Program-made: the position numbers and the translations under genes
Part shown: positions 57,500-64,000 of the stretch, one piece after another
Numbering within the stretch: the first letter of the stretch is position 1
How the letters are laid out: each line of letters begins with the position of its first letter
IMG/VR virus record: IMGVR_UViG_3300020123_000428
Source of the DNA: an uncultured virus (IMG/VR IMGVR_UViG_3300020123_000428)
Taxonomy: Duplodnaviria > Heunggongvirae > Uroviricota > Caudoviricetes
Strand: one strand, 5' to 3'
Length of the DNA stretch: 64,000 bases
The notes under the pieces: model-generated
The model's database searches: none
What the model saw: only the letters and a program-made list of their open reading frames with translations
What the model was told of the DNA's origin: nothing

Positions 57500-57852
57500 T
57501 GGTCGTCCTCTCGGTCCGCGGTCGCGGCGCTGTATTCGCTCGCCGGTCTCCAGTGGCTCATGTTCGACTTGCCAGGGTCATGGCCGTGTGTGCGAAATGC
57601 GCCGCACACCAAGCATACCTGGGTCTGATAACTGCCCCACGCGCGTGGAGCGTCTCTACCCCGTTCGGTGCGAGCGTGATCGCACTTGGCGTGCGCAATC
57701 GCGTCCAGCGCCGATGTCAAATCGTCGCGTAACGACTTGGCATTGTCGACTCGAAGCACGTGATCTTCGCCGCCCAGACGAACCATCACCCGAGGCCCAC
57801 GTCCGGTGTCGTGCCATGTCACAGGCCCATGATCGTCCGGCGGATTCGTCAT
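57496..57852 (-). CDS. hypothetical protein
   Basis: overlapping start/stop. Confidence 0.45.
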   Translation of the reverse strand: MTNPPDDHGPVTWHDTGRGPRVMVRLGGEDHVLRVDNAKSLRDDLTSALDAIAHAKCDHARTERGRDAPRAWGSYQTQVCLVCGAFRTHGHDPGKSNMSHWRPASEYSAATADREDDQ

Positions 57853-58136
57853 CGGCGAACCTTGGCCAGAGCGGCACCATAGGCATCCTGACGACGGATC
57901 AGATCGGCATCAGCGTTGGCGATCTCTGCGGCACCGCGGTCGGTCAGGGCACGCTGGCGGTGCGCCTCGAAGCGAACACGGGCAGCGACCCGCTCTTGTT
58001 CTCGCAGTGCCAGCGCCGCCGCCGCGATCTCCAGGAGCACGGGCGCAGCTGATGCGAGGTCCGCGTCGTGGTTCGCGCCCTCGTCTCGACACAGCCGCTG
58101 CAACTCCGCGATGCTCGGTCGGTCGTCGGCGGTCAT
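57849..58136 (-). CDS. hypothetical protein
   Basis: overlapping start/stop. Confidence 0.4.
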   Translation of the reverse strand: MTADDRPSIAELQRLCRDEGANHDADLASAAPVLLEIAAAALALREQERVAARVRFEAHRQRALTDRGAAEIANADADLIRRQDAYGAALAKVRR

Positions 58137-58324
58137 GGGGCCTTGAACCCCTGCGCCTGCAGCCACTCGACCATCACGTAAATCAGACCGCGCGCGGTCT
58201 CCGATGCAACGTAGCGCTGATGCTGGTCCTGCTGCGCGAACCTATCGACCAATTCGCGCTCCTTGAGCCGGATCTTGGCGAGCAGTGCATCGGCGTCCTC
58301 GTCCTTGCACACGATGACCTTCAT
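58133..58324 (-). CDS. hypothetical protein
   Basis: operon fit. Confidence 0.4.
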   Translation of the reverse strand: MKVIVCKDEDADALLAKIRLKERELVDRFAQQDQHQRYVASETARGLIYVMVEWLQAQGFKAP

Positions 58325-58325
58325 C

Positions 58326-58838
58326 TCACCCCTCCCCAGTCGGCAGGGTGGTGGAGGCGGTCCGGCGCAACTCCTCGCGGATATCCATCCAGAGCTTGCC
58401 CAGCACGTTCTTGCCGTCCCGGTTCGGGCCCCAGCCCCAGAAGTCGTCGCGCCACGAGTTCTCGATGAGATCGCGGTCGCCGGTCTCGATCAGCTTGCGC
58501 CGGACGTACTCGTGCTGCTTCACCTTCGCGATGAGGATTTCGCGCATGATGTCGACCTTCACCGCGTCCCAGTCCTTGTGGCGCTGGTCCTTGTGGCGCT
58601 GGGCGATCTGGTATGCCTCGTGTGCGGACGGGGCCATCAGGATCTCCCACCGGATATCACGGCGCCCCGAGGGGAATTTCTCCCAGTGATACACCGCCTC
58701 GGCAGTGTCGAATCGGTGACCTCCCCAATTCACCGTGAACGCGCTGAAGTTCGAGAGCACGTAGAACTCCGGCTCGTAGAAGAACACCTGCTCCTGGGTG
58801 TCGAGCCCGTGCGTTGCCTGTCCCGGTGATATCGCCAT
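58326..58838 (-). CDS. NADAR family protein
   Basis: FYVLSNFS...TAEAVYHWEKF...WDAVKVDIM...LIENS..DDFWG...GKNVLGKLWMDIR. Confidence 0.85.
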   Translation of the reverse strand: MAISPGQATHGLDTQEQVFFYEPEFYVLSNFSAFTVNWGGHRFDTAEAVYHWEKFPSGRRDIRWEILMAPSAHEAYQIAQRHKDQRHKDWDAVKVDIMREILIAKVKQHEYVRRKLIETGDRDLIENSWRDDFWGWGPNRDGKNVLGKLWMDIREELRRTASTTLPTGEG

Positions 58839-58875
58839 CTCGTGATCTCCTTCCGTGGTTGCTCGTCGATCTTCG

Positions 58876-58917
58876 GTCTCGTGGATCGCCAGGCAGCAAC
58901 GTCTCGTTCCACCGAGC
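58876..58917 (-). CRISPR. hairpin repeat + 19-nt spacer + half repeat
   Basis: GCTCG-N6-CGAGAC 58901-58917; CGAGAC 58876-58881. Confidence 0.45.
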
Positions 58918-58929
58918 CGGCCTTGCGAC

Positions 58930-60027
58930 TCACAAGTCTGCCATGCTGGCCATGCGGACGTCACGCCATTCGATCACCCGTCTGGCGGTAGACACCTCTG
59001 CGGCCAGGTCGCACCCGGCCAGCCAGCGGGCGTTCATCCTGACCCCGGAATGCACGCTGTACTTCGCCAGGACAACGAAATCGTCCAGGGTGACCCGTCC
59101 GGCCACCCAGACCGCCAGGAGCGCGCTGAGCGCATTCTGGTGCGTCCGGTCGTACTGCGGGTCCCAGAGTCCCTGGGCGAGCTCGCGGAGGACGTCCGCC
59201 AGCGTGTAGGGCGGGACCAGCGTGAGCGGGGCTCGATCCCCTCTCCCCCGATCCCCCTCTCCGGAAGAGATCCAGATCTCTGGGATCTGGGATCTGGGAT
59301 CTGGGATCCTGTTGGTATCCGATACGGTATCGGATACGGTTTCCGGAGCCCTGATTTTATTCGGTTGATGCAGAGCGGCAGAGTTATCCACAGAAGCGAG
59401 TGATTCCTGTGGATAGTCTGGTTCACCGGACGGAGCGATACCGTTTCCGGCCAACAGAGCCGGTAGGGAGGGCGAGCCGAAGAGGCTCGGCTGAGTGTGT
59501 GTGCTGGTGTCGGAGTCGGCCAGCCGGCGGACGCCGCGGCGGCGCGGAGGGGGGATCGCCACCCGGGCGAACGTGTCGCGCCACGCGTTCTCGTGATCGG
59601 CCGAGACCTCCTTGCCCGACAGCCGGGCCCCAGTGTCCAAGATCCACCGCAGCGTAACTACATGGGCGTCGCGCACGCCGCACTCGGGGACGCTCCGAAA
59701 GCGGGTCCACCAGCCGCGGATCATCTTGCCATTGGACGGATACTCCCCCGCGTCCGGCAATTCGCAGAGCCGCAGCACGCGGTACTTCGAGTCGTACTCG
59801 ACCATGCCGCGCTCGATGAGCGCGTCGAGCGCGGTCACCACCTCATCGCCCGGCAACTTGGCGGCGTCGGCCATCGAGGGGATGCCGCCCTGCCAGAGGC
59901 CGGGGGCGTGGCGCTTGGCCTCGCCGCTGGTGAACAGCGCCAGCCAGAGGATACGGGGCGCGCAGGGCAGCGCGACCCAGGGCTCCCAGTCCCAGAGGCT
60001 GGATCCAAGGCGGGTGAAGGCCGTCAC
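58930..60027 (-). CDS. putative replication initiator protein
   Basis: N-terminal wHTH-like region, low-complexity linker carrying DNA repeats and DnaA boxes. Confidence 0.55.
   Translation of the reverse strand: MTAFTRLGSSLWDWEPWVALPCAPRILWLALFTSGEAKRHAPGLWQGGIPSMADAAKLPGDEVVTALDALIERGMVEYDSKYRVLRLCELPDAGEYPSNGKMIRGWWTRFRSVPECGVRDAHVVTLRWILDTGARLSGKEVSADHENAWRDTFARVAIPPPRRRGVRRLADSDTSTHTQPSLFGSPSLPALLAGNGIAPSGEPDYPQESLASVDNSAALHQPNKIRAPETVSDTVSDTNRIPDPRSQIPEIWISSGEGDRGRGDRAPLTLVPPYTLADVLRELAQGLWDPQYDRTHQNALSALLAVWVAGRVTLDDFVVLAKYSVHSGVRMNARWLAGCDLAAEVSTARRVIEWRDVRMASMADL
59270..59416. other. putative replication origin inside the initiator gene
   Basis: CTGGGAT x4, 12-bp-period GATACGGT repeats, AT-rich patch, TTATCCACA 59384-59392 and inverted TGTGGATAG 59408-59416. 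Confidence 0.55.
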
Positions 60028-60431
60028 TTGCGGGGCCTCGCTGTGCGGCGCCGACGGTAGTTGATGAGGGCGACGCCGTGGACGGGCGTGTTCCAGAGGT
60101 CGTCGCGCTGGCGGGTGAGGTCGATGATCTCCTGCTGGAGCTCGGCGCGCTTCTTGTTGACGTGCGTGACCCATGCGTTGTGGTCGTCGACCATGCGCTG
60201 GAATGCCTCGGCCTGGCGCTTGTAGGCGGCGACCCACTCGGCGCTGTCGTGCGCGAGGCGGCGCAGGTACCACCAGGGGTCGAGCGACCGCTGACAGGCG
60301 CTGCAGGTGAGCTCGGCAATGGTCTCGTCGACCGTGACGCTGGTGTGCGGGCAGAGGCTGATCTGCCGAGCCCGGATGAGCGGCAGGAGATCGACGACCG
60401 GCGCCGGGGGCGGGGGCGGGTCGTCGCTCAC
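60024..60431 (-). CDS. Zn-finger + coiled-coil protein
   Basis: CPH...CSAC...LDP. Confidence 0.55.
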   Translation of the reverse strand: MSDDPPPPPAPVVDLLPLIRARQISLCPHTSVTVDETIAELTCSACQRSLDPWWYLRRLAHDSAEWVAAYKRQAEAFQRMVDDHNAWVTHVNKKRAELQQEIIDLTRQRDDLWNTPVHGVALINYRRRRTARPRK

Positions 60432-60649
60432 CAGTCATTGCTCCCGCTGGGGCCCGCCGGCTCGGGGTAGTTCCGATCGTCGCCCAGCGGCTCCCGCCAG
60501 TACGAGCCATCGCGCATCGCCAGCCCGACCTCCATGAGCCCCCACCACCACAGGTATTGCCGCAGGACGGGGAAGCGAAACATCAGGGGAGACCTCCGCG
60601 TGTCATTCTCGCGACGATACTCCCACTCCGGATGGATCTGCGCGCCCAC
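60428..60649 (-). CDS. hypothetical protein
   Basis: coupled ORF. Confidence 0.35.
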   Translation of the reverse strand: MGAQIHPEWEYRRENDTRRSPLMFRFPVLRQYLWWWGLMEVGLAMRDGSYWREPLGDDRNYPEPAGPSGSNDW

Positions 60650-60770
60650 GTCACGGTGAGCGTGATCGATCGGCGCGCACTGAAGATCTGGATAGCCCTA
60701 CGGGTAGCGCGATATCGGAGCCCGACCGCTAGGAACGCCCGCAGACGCTCCGACGTTTCAGGAGATCATT

Positions 60771-62039
60771 TCATGGACGCATGGACGCGCGCCACGCCGG
60801 CGGCTCGAGAGCGGTCGCGAACGTCGCGGCGACCCTCCGATCCCGGGTGCTTGCCGCTTGCAAGAGCACGGCGGCCTCGAAACTGCGCGACAAGAAGGCC
60901 AGGCCATCGGCGATCTCGATCTGTAGACTGGGGATGCGCTGTCCGGCCTCGAGCACGCGCCGGACGTCGTCGCGATCGATGTCCCAGACCTCGCCGTGTA
61001 CCTCGTAGTGCGCGACGAGATCGTCGACCGAGAACACGTACACGGTGTCGGGCATGACCATCGCGACGTTCTCGGGGATCTCGGAGACGACCTGGTAGAA
61101 CGCGTTGGTCCGGATGTGGATGGTGCTGATCCGGAACATCGGCGGGAGCATACTGTCGGCGACCGTGACTGCGTCCTCCCGGCGCAGCGTAGTTACCGGG
61201 AGCTTGGCGCCGCGGACCTCCATCATCTGCTGGCTCGGGCGTCCGATCGGCCGCGCCTGAAACAAGATCCCCCGCGCCTGCAGGCCGTCCGGATCGTGGG
61301 CCTCATCATCCTCCTGGGGGGCGGTCGGGATGGCCGACGGATCGATCACGGCGATGTGGCCCGGATCGGTGATGACCCACCGGCCACCCACCATGCCGAA
61401 GTTGCCCTCGTGCAGGTCCCCGAAGAAGATGTGCTGCTCCTCCCAGATCTGCACGAGTCCCTGTCCGATCGGCTGCAACTCCGGGAAGTCGGTCTGCTGG
61501 GCCATCGTGTGGCACGCACGCAGCCACTTCGCCAAGAGCGGACCCATCAGGCGGCTGTGCTTCTGGACCTCGCGGAAGGCGTTCTGGGCCGCGAGGTGCT
61601 GGCGCTCCATCAGGTCCCGCGCGTCCTCGGGGAGTTCGCTCATGCCGCCGACGCGCTCGGCCGAGTCTCGCCACAGCAGGTACACGCGCCGGTTGTCGTG
61701 AAACTCGCCAGTGTCCTTGACCACGTGGTAGTGGACGCAGATCGGCGCCACGAGCTGGTTGGCCAGAGTGGCCGCGAACTCGGCCTCGGTGTGGTCGGTG
61801 GTGATCTTCAGGACCACCGCCGGATCCAGCGTGGGGATCACGCAGCCGTACGCGCCGCAGCCGTACTCCTTGACCGCGGCGACCACGCGACTCCCGCGGG
61901 CGACCGGGCGGACGTCCATGAGCCGCGGCAGCCATCGCGACGGCATCGAGTCCTCGAGATCCTCGTAGACCCGGCCGATGATCTCCGCCACCCAGGGCGG
62001 GTTCTGGACGAAGGCGTCGGGTGACGGGCGCGCGCGCAT
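60771..62039 (-). CDS. protein-kinase-like protein
   Basis: GCGAYGCV glycine loop, VLKIT, GDLHEGN catalytic loop, ITDPG. Confidence 0.7.
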   Translation of the reverse strand: MRARPSPDAFVQNPPWVAEIIGRVYEDLEDSMPSRWLPRLMDVRPVARGSRVVAAVKEYGCGAYGCVIPTLDPAVVLKITTDHTEAEFAATLANQLVAPICVHYHVVKDTGEFHDNRRVYLLWRDSAERVGGMSELPEDARDLMERQHLAAQNAFREVQKHSRLMGPLLAKWLRACHTMAQQTDFPELQPIGQGLVQIWEEQHIFFGDLHEGNFGMVGGRWVITDPGHIAVIDPSAIPTAPQEDDEAHDPDGLQARGILFQARPIGRPSQQMMEVRGAKLPVTTLRREDAVTVADSMLPPMFRISTIHIRTNAFYQVVSEIPENVAMVMPDTVYVFSVDDLVAHYEVHGEVWDIDRDDVRRVLEAGQRIPSLQIEIADGLAFLSRSFEAAVLLQAASTRDRRVAATFATALEPPAWRASMRP

Positions 62040-62925
62040 GGTGGTATCTTACGAGGGATTCATGGAGATCTCCGAGAAGAACCTGTCGGGGTTCCGCGAC
62101 TGGCTCCGGGGGCGCGGGCGGACCGAGGGGACGGCCGAGACCTACTGCATGAACCTCCGCACCTGTGGCGCCGACCCCAAGGGGCTGACCCACCGCCTGA
62201 TCGCCGGCGACCTCGCCCCGACCACGCTGCGCTGTAACCTCGCGTCCCTCCGAGCCTGGGCGCTGTACGCCAAGGACGGCACCCTGTCCCAGACCCTGGC
62301 CGACCTGCGCCTCCCGCCGCCGCGCCGCATGAAGTCCCGTGATCCGCTGGATCGCGAGGACTGGAAGCGGATAGTGCGCCACCTCCAGACCTGCGACATG
62401 ACCAACGAGGCCATGCGTCAGATCCTGCTCATCATGGCGCTCCGGGGCCTCAGGTCCGGCGACGTTCTGCGGCTCCGCCGCGCCGAGGTCGTCCGCGCCG
62501 TTGCCAGCGGCAAGCTCTCCTACGAGGGCAAAGGCAGGAAGCGCATCGAGCTCTCGGCGGCGCCGATCCGGGGGCCGCTCGAGGCGCTCGCGCAGATGCG
62601 CGGCTGGGACCGCGTGCGTGACCTCCTCGGAACCGCTCGCTCCGGCGAGACGCTTGCATCGTCGGCGCTGCGCAAGAAGGTGTGGCGTGCCGCGATCCGC
62701 ACCGGCGCCGCGGCCGGCATCGACGAGATGAACCCGCACCGCTACCGGCACACGTTCGCGACGCAGTACCTGGCCCAGCTCGCTGGCGACCCCAATAGCA
62801 TCGTGAAGCTGCAGCGGTACATGCACTGGGAGTCGATGGGGACCGCGGCGCGGTACGTCGACCACGTGTCCCGCGAGCAACTCGATAAGGTGGGCGACGA
62901 CATGGTGTCCGACCTCCTGACCTGA
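62038..62925 (+). CDS. tyrosine recombinase/integrase
   Basis: GLRSGD (R), GKG (K), HRYRHTFA (HxxR), MHW, ARY (Y); start 62038 or 62062. Confidence 0.85.
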   Translation: MVVSYEGFMEISEKNLSGFRDWLRGRGRTEGTAETYCMNLRTCGADPKGLTHRLIAGDLAPTTLRCNLASLRAWALYAKDGTLSQTLADLRLPPPRRMKSRDPLDREDWKRIVRHLQTCDMTNEAMRQILLIMALRGLRSGDVLRLRRAEVVRAVASGKLSYEGKGRKRIELSAAPIRGPLEALAQMRGWDRVRDLLGTARSGETLASSALRKKVWRAAIRTGAAAGIDEMNPHRYRHTFATQYLAQLAGDPNSIVKLQRYMHWESMGTAARYVDHVSREQLDKVGDDMVSDLLT

Positions 62926-62987
62926 CCCCGGCCATTGCAGGGGGCTATCCACGGGCGCGCGGTCGCTGATAGCATCAGCGCCAGCCC

Positions 62988-64000
62988 ATGCCAGACAAAC
63001 TCTACGCCATCCTCGAGTTCACCGGAATTCCCGTCGATGGCACGCAGACGCTGCCCCACGGCCTGACGATCAACGGCCAAGTGCTGGTGCCGGACTTTGT
63101 GTCCCCGCAGTACCCGGGGACGTTCGAGGTGACCAGCACGACGACCTCGGGCATCACGCTCCACAACGTCTCGAGCGCCAGTGGCAACTGCTTGGTCTGG
63201 TGCTACGCGATCCACCCGGTGGCCCGATCGTTCGGGGCACCGCCCGACGATGGGAACATCCACCAGCATCTGACGCCCCAGCCGTTCGTGCTGGGGTCGC
63301 CGAATGTCCCGGCGGGATCCTTTGATCAGTTCAACGTGAAGAACTTCGGCGCCATCGGCGACGGGGTGCACGACGACACCGGAGCCATCAACCGCGCGAT
63401 GGCGGCGGCGGCGCTCGTCCAGCTCAGCGGGGCGTTCGGGGCCATGGTGTTCTTCCCGAAGGGGGTCTACAGCGTGAGCGCGCCGGTGCAGGTACCAGAC
63501 GGCGTGGGGTTACAGGGCGTGGGGACGCCGGGCTCGGTCATCCGCGCGTCGGCGACGTTCAATGGGACGGCGCTGGTCCAGAACCTCCATCAGGACGGCA
63601 CGCAGGAGTTCATGTTCGTCGAGGGGCTCACGCTCGACGGCAACCATGCGGCGGGGGCGGTGTGCAGCACCGCGGTGCTGGACATCGTGTCGATCTTCGT
63701 GAACTCGTTCGTCCGCGACGTCGAGATCCTGAACGGCAGCAGCGTCGGCTTGCACGTGGGCGCTCTCCGCGCGATGGGGCCGATCCTGTTCGACAACATC
63801 TGGGTGGCGAACAACCTGGGCGACGGCATCTGGTGCCAGGAGATGCCCGGGAACGTCGGCGCCTGCGACGGGCTGCTGTTTCTCCACACCGCGAGCGAGC
63901 ACCAGGGGTCCAACCACGTGGCGCTGCGTCTCACGGGGCTGGGGAGCGCATCGGGCTGGTCCTTCATCAACCTCCACATCGAGCAGGGCCAGATCGGGGC
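62988..64000 (+). CDS. pectate-lyase-3-like beta-helix spike/depolymerase (partial, runs off window)
   Basis: FNVKNFGAIGDGVHDDTGAINRA...VFFPKGVY; open to window end. Confidence 0.75.
   Translation, partial: MPDKLYAILEFTGIPVDGTQTLPHGLTINGQVLVPDFVSPQYPGTFEVTSTTTSGITLHNVSSASGNCLVWCYAIHPVARSFGAPPDDGNIHQHLTPQPFVLGSPNVPAGSFDQFNVKNFGAIGDGVHDDTGAINRAMAAAALVQLSGAFGAMVFFPKGVYSVSAPVQVPDGVGLQGVGTPGSVIRASATFNGTALVQNLHQDGTQEFMFVEGLTLDGNHAAGAVCSTAVLDIVSIFVNSFVRDVEILNGSSVGLHVGALRAMGPILFDNIWVANNLGDGIWCQEMPGNVGACDGLLFLHTASEHQGSNHVALRLTGLGSASGWSFINLHIEQGQIG

Noticed and set aside
62926..62987. attP/attL or tRNA next to the integrase
   Set aside because: No tRNA or duplicated core recognised; virus-like genes continue on both sides

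Overview
The whole window appears to be part of a high-GC temperate bacterial virus or provirus; no host housekeeping genes were recognised. About 0.5-27.3 kb (+) is a virion module typical of tailless, membrane-containing viruses. It encodes a transglutaminase-like cysteine protease, ~20 small proteins with C-terminal membrane anchors, an Arg-rich DNA-condensing protein, two adjacent putative single-jelly-roll capsid proteins, an M23 peptidase, a repeat-rich spike and a glycan-modification cluster. No terminase, portal or tail genes were seen. About 27-44.5 kb (+) and 44.6-62 kb (-) are convergent accessory/early arms, followed by a tyrosine recombinase and a partial pectate-lyase-like spike gene. 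The main finding is a Cas12m-like (type V-M, non-canonical RuvC) gene at 41002-42927 with no cas1/cas2 and no canonical array. Instead, more than 30 short covarying hairpins of the form G-C(stem)-loop-(stem)G-AC (consensus GCTCGG-N4-10-CCGAGAC) are scattered as mini-arrays with ~10-30 nt spacers. They lie on the locally dominant coding strand, and several sit in frame inside the gene directly upstream of the effector. A dispersed palindrome TTGCCASTGGCAA, a shared putative maturation motif in the virion proteins and two orphan RiPP-like precursors were also noted. All family calls come from reading motifs by eye; no searches were run.
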